DNA from: Candidatus Brocadiia bacterium
GTDB lineage: Bacteria; Planctomycetota; Brocadiia; SM23-32
Assembly: GCA_046538485.1 (NCBI GenBank)
Contig: JBKHIT010000006.1
Coordinates: 32,001-96,000, forward strand
Direction: 5' to 3'
Length of the DNA: 64,000 bases
Shown here: in pieces, positions 20,587 to 28,730 of the stretch
Layout of the letters: the number at the start of each line of letters is the position of its first letter
Position numbering within the stretch: position 1 is the first letter of the stretch
Position numbers and translations under genes: made by a program
Notes under the pieces: model-generated
Seen by the model: only the letters and a program-made list of their open reading frames with translations
Databases searched by the model: none
What the model was told of the DNA's origin: nothing

Positions 20587-22032
20587 TTATACAAACCGCA
20601 TACTGTAAAGGTCCGCATCCCGCATTACAAAACGAAGCCGCACCGGTTCTCCAGCCAATTCACTGACATCTGCCCCGTCTTCCCAACTCGCACAACCGGC
20701 GATCCGGTTCCCAAAAATATCCTCGGCTTCCTCCAGACTATAGCCCGGAACCGGATTTCCGTCCGGGTCGCACATTTCCACGCCCATGCTTCCCGCGGCA
20801 CTTGTGCTGTAATTCAGCTCCAGTTTCTTGCCGGAAAACACAAGCGGTTTGGTCAAAAACTCTCCACCGCTGTAGCGAGCCTGTACCGAGCAGAAACCGT
20901 CAAGCCGCAGGCTGTAGCGGCGCAGCTGGTTGCCGGGTTGGGCATAATGCTCATCCACATAAAAACTCATCTCTTCGGGCCCCGTCTGCACAACGCCATT
21001 GGCCGGATAATTGCATCTGGCCGACCAGTGGCTCGCTCCGATTCGCGGACGCACAAAAGCCTCCATAAACGTCCGGTCATACCACGAATGTCCCGGCCGC
21101 GTCGTCATGAAACAGGCGTCGCTGCAGGCCGACATCTGGGTTTCATGCACGCCAATCGCTTCCCCTTCTTCCTCGGTGATAGCCGGACGGTTTCCCATGA
21201 AGCGTGCCGGCAGAGCGACGTAAATGTGCGGCGCGCGGAAGTACGGTCGCGTCTGGTTAATATAGAACTGTTCGGCCGGTGCCGGTTGATCCGCGGTCCG
21301 ATAATCCATTAAAACCCCCGGTCCCCATGACCGAAAATCTTCACTGGTCGCTCGCATAATGGCCCGCAGGCGATCCGGATACGTCGTAGGACCTGTCTCT
21401 CCCGACTCAAAGCTGTCTTTCTCGACAAAAGTTCGGTAATAGGCGACGTATTTCTGCTCGGTCCCGCTCCAGAACCCAACGTTCTGGGAGTCGAAAGCGC
21501 CGTCGGTGATGATCGGTTCGTCTTGCAGCAACTCCCATTCAATTCCATCGGCGCTGACGAAAGCATAAAGCACCGGTTTCTTTCCACCATCTTTTTCTAT
21601 ACAGCCCCGGCTGAACGCCTTGAAACGTTCTTCAGCCGGCACGCCCGGCCGAGTATCGAGGAACGGTGCAAACGTGTGAGTGTACGGTTCTTCCGCAAAA
21701 AAAATGTTGTTGTCTTTTCTGCCATAGCATTCGTGCATGTCCAGGTTCGGACGCTCGAAATGGATGGCATCCGTGCTCTCCGCGACACAATAGGCCGCGT
21801 TTTCATTGGGCACCTGCCAGCCTCGGTAGTACATCAGATACCGGTCCCCATCGTGAATGATCGTATCATACAGCGAAAACGGACCTTCCCACGGTTTATT
21901 ATGATGCAGAACCACCTCCTGCGGCTGTGGTTCGGCCAGTTTAAGGAATGCACCATCGAGCGTATCAATCAGAAGATGATCGACGAACAGTTCGCGGCGC
22001 GAACCGATTTGAATCGGAGCGGTTTCTCCCAT
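20587..22032 (-). CDS. hypothetical glycoside hydrolase-like five-bladed beta-propeller protein
   Basis: IGSRRELFVD, KPWEG, YLMYYRG, AESTDAIHFERPNL, SADGIEW, AFDSQN, RLDGFCS, GEFLTKPLVFSG; ATG at 22032 after AAGGGAG. Confidence 0.65.
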   Translation of the reverse strand: MGETAPIQIGSRRELFVDHLLIDTLDGAFLKLAEPQPQEVVLHHNKPWEGPFSLYDTIIHDGDRYLMYYRGWQVPNENAAYCVAESTDAIHFERPNLDMHECYGRKDNNIFFAEEPYTHTFAPFLDTRPGVPAEERFKAFSRGCIEKDGGKKPVLYAFVSADGIEWELLQDEPIITDGAFDSQNVGFWSGTEQKYVAYYRTFVEKDSFESGETGPTTYPDRLRAIMRATSEDFRSWGPGVLMDYRTADQPAPAEQFYINQTRPYFRAPHIYVALPARFMGNRPAITEEEGEAIGVHETQMSACSDACFMTTRPGHSWYDRTFMEAFVRPRIGASHWSARCNYPANGVVQTGPEEMSFYVDEHYAQPGNQLRRYSLRLDGFCSVQARYSGGEFLTKPLVFSGKKLELNYSTSAAGSMGVEMCDPDGNPVPGYSLEEAEDIFGNRIAGCASWEDGADVSELAGEPVRLRFVMRDADLYSMRFV

Positions 22033-22147
22033 GTCACATTTCTCCCTTATTCTGGAACCTCTGGTTTTTCTGCTCAATTTCTCTTCACCAGCGACATTCG
22101 ACGCTACGCCCCGGCAAAATACCAGAAGGCAATCCTGGGGTCAATAC

Positions 22148-22185
22148 GGCGAAAGGACAGAAGGGACTTAAGAGACATAAGGGAC
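22148..22185. repeat. 9-nt-period short tandem repeat (AAGGGAC core), copy 1
   Basis: GGCGAAAGGACAGAAGGGACTTAAGAGACATAAGGGAC; 37/38 identical to 37421-37458. Confidence 0.85.
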
Positions 22186-22336
22186 AAATGAAAAGTGGCG
22201 CTAACCAGCACTTCACATCGGTGTTCATCTTTGGTTCTCCAATCCCTCCCATTGGCCGTTGCAGTTGCACTTTTTTGATTTCCCGAATAGCCTCTCGATA
22301 ACGCCACGAAAAAATTCGGAACGGAAGGATTTTATC

Positions 22337-25300
22337 ATGGACCCGCTCATACAAAAATCCATACCCCCGCTCACGGACCTGCGCGAAATGGTGCGACAGC
22401 ACATTGTTCGCCGCAGTCTGGCCTGCATGGAAAAGGCGGCCGAACGGCGCGAGGAAGCAACCCAATCTTCCGCAACTTTAAACACATACAAAACAGCCAT
22501 TCGGGAATCGATTCACCGTTTCTATGGCAACCTCCCGGCAGGTGAAACTCAACCAGCTCCGCAAGCGGAACTCGTTTCCACATTCTCACACAACGGGTTC
22601 CGAGTCGAAAATGTGCTTTTTGAATCTTTCCCCGGCTGGCAGGTCAACGCCAGCGTTTACGTCCCTACCGACTACGAACCGCCCTTCCCCGCAGTAATCG
22701 TCCCTGTCGGGCATTCCGGCAAACAGTTCGAGAGCTATCAGCTGCCCTGCCAGTATTTCGCCCGCAGCGGGTTCGTGGCAGTCTGTTTCGATCCGCCGGG
22801 ACAGAGAAGCGAGAAACAACCGGGGAACGACCATTTTAATGACGGCGTGCGCGACTATCCGCTCGGAAAAACCTCAAGCCGATATTTCGTGGCCGACGCA
22901 CTTCGCTGCATCGACTACCTCGCAACACGTGACGACATCGACATGACCCGCGGCATCGCTATGACGGGAGTCTCGGGGGGCGGCACGACCACCACGTTCG
23001 CCGTCGGGCTTGATGACCGGATCTCTGTGATCGGCCCCTCCTGCTGTGTCGCACCACTGGCCGCCATGGATATCACGCAATGCTATGCTGGTTGCCCCGA
23101 AACACACCAGTTCGGGCGCTACTCGGAAGGTATTGACGAAGTCGATCTACTGTGCGCCACCGCACCAAAGCCCTGTCTCCTGATGGCCGGCGAGACCGAC
23201 GAAGTCTTTCGCATCGAAGACAGCCGGCGACTCGCCGAAATAGTGGCCCGATTCTACGAATGCAATGATGCTGGAGATCGTTTCGAGTTCTTTGTCGATT
23301 CCGGCGGCCACGCTTACACGCTCCGCCAGGCCCGGGAATTCACCGGGTTCATGAACTGCTGGCTTTTAGATGAACCCGACCGACCTCTGCTCGAACTGGC
23401 CGAAGCCCGTTGCTCCATGTTGCCGTACAAAGAACTCCAATGTTCCCCTCGCACAGATATCAACATGCGAACGCGTGCGGTAGCCGAAGCCGACCAGTTG
23501 GCCGAACAACGAGAATTAAAACCTCAGCAAATTCGCGAGGCGGCGGCAGAGATAGCCGGGATTACGGGAAGTGTCCCCGTCCCCGACGCCGAAATCGGCG
23601 AACCGTTCCAGGTCTGGGTACACGATTGGCGCTCTTTGATGCTGCGACCCGAGCCCGACATCGAACTCCCGGCAACCTGGCTGACCGGACGCGGCCAACA
23701 GCCCGCCACAACCCTGCTGCATTTTGACGACAACGGACGCCACAGAATGTTGCGGCGGGGAGGCATTTTGACCGGCGCCATGCGGTTTATCGACCGCGAT
23801 CGACAACCGCTCAACCTTCTAACCGTCGACCTCCGTGGATGGGGCGATACAAGGCCCACCATGTACCCCTACGAAATGGCCGGCTGGGGAAGCGTTGATC
23901 GCTACGTAGCTTACGCAACGGCCGCACTCGGGGATCATATCATGGCGATGCGAATTCGCGATGCCCTCGGAACCCTTGCCTGGCTCAAAGAACAACCCGA
24001 GGTCGACCCGTCGCGCATCATCCTCACCGGATCCGGGCTTGGGAGCATGGTTGCCCTGCACGCCGCTGCTATCGATAAGAATATCGGAGCCGTTGTCACG
24101 TCGGAGGGCCTTTCTTCGTTTCGCAGCCTTCTGGAAGCCGCGAATTACCCCTGGCCCGCCGATACATTCATGCCGAACGCGCTGAATTTCTATGACCTGC
24201 CAGAACTCGCAGCAGCGCTGACATGCCCGGTGCGAGCCCACGCGCTCCGCGACGGAACGGGAGCCGCGGCCGGTGAAAAAGAATTGACAAAATGGCAGGA
24301 GCACGACCATATTGTGGCCAAAACCGAGGGGGAAAGCGGCAGTCTACGCAAAAGTATCGAAGAATTGGCCAACCGGTCCGAAGCGATCATAAATCTCCAG
24401 GAACGTCAGCCTTTTCTCTGGGTCAATCCCCACTGGCAACCGGCAAACCAGTGTCTCCACTCCCTTCCAATGGCACACAACGACATCGAAGAGGCGGAAG
24501 CACGCTGGCAAAGGTTTGCACCGCTCCTGGAAAAGCTTTTCCCGGAATTAAGAGAAACAAACGGTATCATCGAGTCGGACTTGCTGCCCGCGCCCTCCCT
24601 CGCGAAACGGATCTTGCCGCCTGATTCTGGCAAACTCATGGTTAAAGCGGATCATGCTCTGCCGGTCGCCGGTTCAATCAAAGCCCGCGGCGGGATCTAC
24701 GCGGTGCTCCATTTTGCTGAATCGGTCGCGCTGGAAAACGGTCTGCTTGAAAACAAGGAGGACGACTACCTGACATTATCCTCGGACGAAGCCAAGCAGG
24801 TCTTTCATACATATGAATTGAGCGTCGCCAGCACCGGGAATCTGGGTTTGAGTATCGGCATCACGGGTTCAGCGCTCGGTTTCCCCGTCACAGTTCACAT
24901 GTCCCACGAAGCCAAAGAATGGAAGAAGGAACGGTTGCGCCACCGAGATGTAAACGTCATCGAACACCAATCCGACTACACCGCCGCCTGCAAAGTGGCG
25001 CGTCAGGAAGCCGCCGATAACCCGCGAAATCATTTCATCGACGATGAGAATTCCGTCGAACTTTTCCTCGGCTACGCCACCGCGCTTCCCCGGTTGAAAC
25101 ACCAGCTGACGCAAGCCGGAATCACCATCGATTCCGAACACCCGCTCTTCATCTACCTGCCCTGCGGCGTGGGCGGCGCACCGGGAGGAATCACATTTGC
25201 CGCACGTCACGTCTTCGGAGACGACGCTCACTGCTTCTTTGTGGAACCGGTCGATGCGCCGTGTATGACTCTCGGGCTCCTCTCGGAGCGCCATTTCGAT

Positions 25301-25681
25301 ACGTCGATCTACGCTCTCGGATTGGACCTGGAAACAGACGCCGACGGGCTCGCGGTATCCAGACCCTCTCGTTTTGTGGGAAAACTGATGGTTCCCTTGC
25401 TGAGCGGATGCTGCACAATGGAAGATGAAGCGATGTACCGCCACGTCCTGGACCTCTACGAAACCGAAAGCATCGAAGTCGAGCCATCCGCCGCAGCCGG
25501 CTGCGTTGTCCCATGGATGCTTTTTGAGACCGATGCGGGCCGTCAGTATCTCGAACAACACACCCTGACGCCGTGTTTGCCGAATACCACACACCTCGTC
25601 TGGACGACCGGCGGGCTTTTTGTGCCTCCGAAACAACATCAGCACTTCCGCGACATCGCCCGGAAACAAAAGAAGAGGTAG
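22337..25681 (+). CDS. dsdA: fusion protein: two acetylxylan-esterase-like alpha/beta-hydrolase domains + C-terminal D-serine ammonia-lyase (DsdA) domain
   Basis: N-terminal VENVLFESFPG, PVGHS, TGVSGGG nucleophile elbow, GGHAY; second domain VDLRGWGDT, TGSGLG; from ~24345 DsdA motifs WVNP, AEARWQRFAP, GIIES, LPVAGSIKARGG (PLP Lys), STGNLGLSIG, FIDDENS, YLPCGVGGAPGG, ADGLAV, EPSA, VWTTGG; single open frame. Confidence 0.88.
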   Translation: MDPLIQKSIPPLTDLREMVRQHIVRRSLACMEKAAERREEATQSSATLNTYKTAIRESIHRFYGNLPAGETQPAPQAELVSTFSHNGFRVENVLFESFPGWQVNASVYVPTDYEPPFPAVIVPVGHSGKQFESYQLPCQYFARSGFVAVCFDPPGQRSEKQPGNDHFNDGVRDYPLGKTSSRYFVADALRCIDYLATRDDIDMTRGIAMTGVSGGGTTTTFAVGLDDRISVIGPSCCVAPLAAMDITQCYAGCPETHQFGRYSEGIDEVDLLCATAPKPCLLMAGETDEVFRIEDSRRLAEIVARFYECNDAGDRFEFFVDSGGHAYTLRQAREFTGFMNCWLLDEPDRPLLELAEARCSMLPYKELQCSPRTDINMRTRAVAEADQLAEQRELKPQQIREAAAEIAGITGSVPVPDAEIGEPFQVWVHDWRSLMLRPEPDIELPATWLTGRGQQPATTLLHFDDNGRHRMLRRGGILTGAMRFIDRDRQPLNLLTVDLRGWGDTRPTMYPYEMAGWGSVDRYVAYATAALGDHIMAMRIRDALGTLAWLKEQPEVDPSRIILTGSGLGSMVALHAAAIDKNIGAVVTSEGLSSFRSLLEAANYPWPADTFMPNALNFYDLPELAAALTCPVRAHALRDGTGAAAGEKELTKWQEHDHIVAKTEGESGSLRKSIEELANRSEAIINLQERQPFLWVNPHWQPANQCLHSLPMAHNDIEEAEARWQRFAPLLEKLFPELRETNGIIESDLLPAPSLAKRILPPDSGKLMVKADHALPVAGSIKARGGIYAVLHFAESVALENGLLENKEDDYLTLSSDEAKQVFHTYELSVASTGNLGLSIGITGSALGFPVTVHMSHEAKEWKKERLRHRDVNVIEHQSDYTAACKVARQEAADNPRNHFIDDENSVELFLGYATALPRLKHQLTQAGITIDSEHPLFIYLPCGVGGAPGGITFAARHVFGDDAHCFFVEPVDAPCMTLGLLSERHFDTSIYALGLDLETDADGLAVSRPSRFVGKLMVPLLSGCCTMEDEAMYRHVLDLYETESIEVEPSAAAGCVVPWMLFETDAGRQYLEQHTLTPCLPNTTHLVWTTGGLFVPPKQHQHFRDIARKQKKR

Positions 25682-25765
25682 GTATCGACGATCAAGAATA
25701 GCATTTTCCGGCATCCGAGTGGTACGCATCTGGCGCCTTTTGCATCGGCCATTGAGAACTTACCT

Positions 25766-25853
25766 GTCATTGCGAGGCAGCGTAGCCCCGGCGATTTCGT
25801 TGTTGGGCCAAAAAACGACGAGATTGCTTCGTCACTGCGTTCCTCGCAATGAC
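25766..25853. repeat. REP-doublet-like palindromic element, gene-less copy
   Basis: Perfect 12-bp IR GTCATTGCGAGG (25766-25777)/CCTCGCAATGAC (25842-25853); spacer CGTTGTTGGGCCAAAAAACGAC homologous to that of 19992-20097 in the opposite orientation. Confidence 0.88.
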
Positions 25854-25999
25854 CGGGTGGCGTCTACCTGCCGTTGGGAGGGGTTAGTATGTCTGTATGA
25901 AGTACATTATCCTTAGCCCTTCGGGCTGACGCGTCATTATGAAGTATCCTTCCGTGATTTACGATGACATCGGCGTTGCATTAGCTGTCCACGCTCACA

Positions 26000-26430
26000 T
26001 GTCATTGCGAGGCGTTCCGCGCAGCGGGACGCTGCGGCAATCTCGCTGTTCCTGTTCAACAAGAAGCAGTAAACCATGGCAAAACCAATGTGGGTATACA
26101 TTATGACCAACAAAAGCAATACAACTATCTACACAGGTGTAACGAACAGCCTCCATCGCCGAGTACATGAACATCGCACGGGGAAAGGCAGTAGCTTCAC
26201 CAAGAGGTATAAGATTCGGAAGTTGGTGTATTACGAGTTCTACGAGAAACCGCAACGCGCAATTGAGCGAGAAAAACAAATCAAAGGTGGTTCACGTAAG
26301 ACTAAGATTCAACTCATCGAAACCGTTAATCCGCAATGGGAAGATCTTTACGATGAACAGTCGGCCGACATTACGCCGATTGAAGCAAAACGACGAGATT
26401 AATTCGTCACTGCGTTCCTCGCGACGACCG
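26000..26430 (+). mobile_element. putative GIY-YIG-carrying palindromic element (left arm 26000-26050, right arm 26387-26430)
   Basis: Both arms match the arms of the gene-less elements (48/51 and 40/44) and enclose only the GIY-YIG gene. Confidence 0.6.
26076..26402 (+). CDS. GIY-YIG nuclease family protein (small, UPF0213-like)
   Basis: WVYIMTNKSNTTIYTGVTNSLHRRVHEH...FTKRYKIRKLVYYE...AIEREKQIKGGSRKTKIQLIETVNPQWEDL. Confidence 0.95.
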   Translation: MAKPMWVYIMTNKSNTTIYTGVTNSLHRRVHEHRTGKGSSFTKRYKIRKLVYYEFYEKPQRAIEREKQIKGGSRKTKIQLIETVNPQWEDLYDEQSADITPIEAKRRD

Positions 26431-26483
26431 TATATGAGTCACCTGGAGGCAAAGTCAACTGCCAAACCAAAGGAGAAACAACA

Positions 26484-27506
26484 ATGGATCAGAAAGCCCT
26501 CGTTTACAAAGGATACCCCCCGGATCATTGTTGCTGCGATAGCACTTTGCGGATTCTACCAAACGGCGAATTCGCCGCCTTTTTCATGACCGGCGGCCTG
26601 CGAGAACCGGACATGCGAAATCATATTGCGCTCTGCCGTTCCACCAACCCCGGACTCGCCTGGTCTCACGAACCAGAAATCGTTTTGCAGAGCAACGACC
26701 GGGCCTGTCTCCTCTCCGAAGTTTATGTTGACAACGACCGCATCGTCGTCCAGGTCACCACCCACGATGGAAGTTTTGGGGACTGGCGCAATTTCACCAT
26801 TGAAAGTCGGGACAACGCCGGGACCTGGAGCGAACCAGAACCTTTCGATCCGCTGCCGCAACGCGGATTCGTGCGCAACCGTTATGTCGCTTCCTGGGGC
26901 GAGTGGTACCTGCCACTTCAACATTATGAAACCCACGGAAATGCGGAGGTCGCCCCCCAGACCGACGGTTCGTTCAAACGCCCCCGCAACGGGGTTCTGA
27001 TAAGTTCAGACCGGGGGCAGTCGTGGACAAAATCCGAGACCGTAACCGGTGCGAACGCCTGGTCAGAAAACAATGTCGTCGAACTCTCCGATGGTTCCAT
27101 GGCCATGCTCATCCGCTCCGACGGCGCAGGTTGTCTGAAGCGCACGGATTCCGAGGACCGCGGACGCAGCTGGACCCCGCCGCGTCCCACCGGGATCCCG
27201 AACCCTGGAAGTAAAGCGCGTCTCTACCGTTTCAGTGACGGACGCATACTGCTCGTCCACAACCCAAATTCGGAGACATCCCATCCGAACGCCCGCCCGC
27301 AGGCCGCCTGTCAGCGCAATCCGCTTTCAATCTGGATTTCGGACGACGATATGTGCACGTGGGGATATAAACGCGATCTTACAGATTTCCCCGGTATGCT
27401 CGCCTACCCCGACGGCATCCTCGATGAGGAGAACAACATCCTGCACATCGCCTTCGACTACAACCGCCACGACGTTATCTACTGGGGTGCCGAACTTCCG
27501 GGCTAA
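26484..27506 (+). CDS. sialidase-like BNR/Asp-box beta-propeller protein (exo-alpha-sialidase family)
   Basis: Asp-boxes SRDNAGTW, SSDRGQSW, SEDRGRSW, SDDDMCTW; SENNVVELSDG..MLIR; RNPL; AYPD; AAGGAG RBS. Confidence 0.82.
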   Translation: MDQKALVYKGYPPDHCCCDSTLRILPNGEFAAFFMTGGLREPDMRNHIALCRSTNPGLAWSHEPEIVLQSNDRACLLSEVYVDNDRIVVQVTTHDGSFGDWRNFTIESRDNAGTWSEPEPFDPLPQRGFVRNRYVASWGEWYLPLQHYETHGNAEVAPQTDGSFKRPRNGVLISSDRGQSWTKSETVTGANAWSENNVVELSDGSMAMLIRSDGAGCLKRTDSEDRGRSWTPPRPTGIPNPGSKARLYRFSDGRILLVHNPNSETSHPNARPQAACQRNPLSIWISDDDMCTWGYKRDLTDFPGMLAYPDGILDEENNILHIAFDYNRHDVIYWGAELPG

Positions 27507-27808
27507 TTACTTTTTTGGCGCCAGGTCTCGGATCCCGTCCATAATTTTTCGTCTCAAGGGTACGATTCACCGTATGCCACACTGCAGCAATTGAGGCAGC
27601 CCTTCAGACCGCGGCGGGTTCGTGCAACGACACGTCAAACTTAATAGTCGATGGCACCGTACGCTAAATGGATACGGCCCGTCTATGGCACTATTCGACT
27701 TCTGTCCGCCAAACCAGCGTACGAAATCTATCAGGAAGGCAGTTGTAAGACCCAGAAACATATTAATGTGGGCTAAAAGTCCACCACATATCATATCGAA
27801 CACCAATG

Positions 27809-28683
27809 CGGGTCTGACGACTCGGCCCACAAGCTGGAGAGCCTGTGCTACATGCGTACTTCGTGCCTGTCAGGGGTCTGGCTGCGAGGAGAAAAGTTTT
27901 TTGTTCTCCCGTGCACTTCTGCAAGATTTGTCCGCCTCAAGTCCAGCAAGATGCCTGCCGGTACTCTGACGGCTGGCTATGCCCGGCCGCGAGGCATCCT
28001 GCCCGTACCCGTTCATCCGCGGCTACCTCTGCGTCGCCCCCTTCGGGGCTTTTATGTTATGGGACCGATCTGACCCGGAGCTTGCGCGCCAAAAGACAGC
28101 GCGACCGCGCACCGGGCTAGCCCTGCACCGCCCACTCGTGGGCTTTGCTTGCCGGGCCGTTAGTCGACCCAAGCGGGTCAGCTCTGCACGGCCCACTTCC
28201 TGAGCATCCCTGTGATGATTTGAGCCCCTGAGAAGGGGCGATCGCAGACATAGCCCGGGGCGCGCCCGTTGTGCGGGCAAGCCCCGGGACCCGCACGCCT
28301 CACATAATTTCCAAACCCCGAAGGGGTGACGCAGCACCGCTTTTACTTTCGTCCACAGAGATAAAATGTCCGGCGAAAAATTATAGGAACCTTTTTTCTT
28401 GATTTCAGGCTTATCGGATTGCCGTAGCATCTGAGATTTTCATACCAATTGGAAGCGGCGCCCCCTGTGGGGGATTCGATGGGGCAGACGTGCCTGCCAT
28501 TTTAAATATCATTGGTATTGGCATACCCCCTTCCAGGTAGTCCACCGCGACTCGCGGTCGGCGGCGGGGTTCATACACGAACCGGGGGTGATACGATTGT
28601 CAGGCACACACCCCATTCGGTTTCGGATCAAACGGTAACGACTCCGGGCCTAACGACCCGGTCCACAGGCTGGAGAGCCTGTG
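27809..28683. repeat. repeat-mosaic intergenic region (copies of repeats A and B, GTAG-type and GCCCC-GGGGC hairpins)
   Basis: 39-nt direct repeat 27809-27847/28645-28683 (34/39) ending in CACARGCTGGAGAGCCTGTG; repeat A 27884-27946; hairpins 28036-28050 and 28223-28330; repeat B 28453-28633. Confidence 0.8.
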
Positions 28684-28730
28684 AAATCTGCTATCGGCCG
28701 CTACCGTACCCTCAAAAAGGCGTCGCAGGC

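Noticed and set aside
19612..20608. ORFs of 86-218 aa in the first repeat mosaic
   Set aside because: They translate palindromic repeats (e.g. EIAAASHSAERLAMT recurs near 25990-26050); no protein family signal.
22279..22296. CGAATAGCCTC shared with 40059-40069, a possible mobile-element end
   Set aside because: Only 11 bp identical and no partner inverted end found.
27507..28450. Possible degraded RAYT/IS200 transposase among the REP-like hairpins
   Set aside because: No HUH or catalytic Tyr motifs found in the frames examined.
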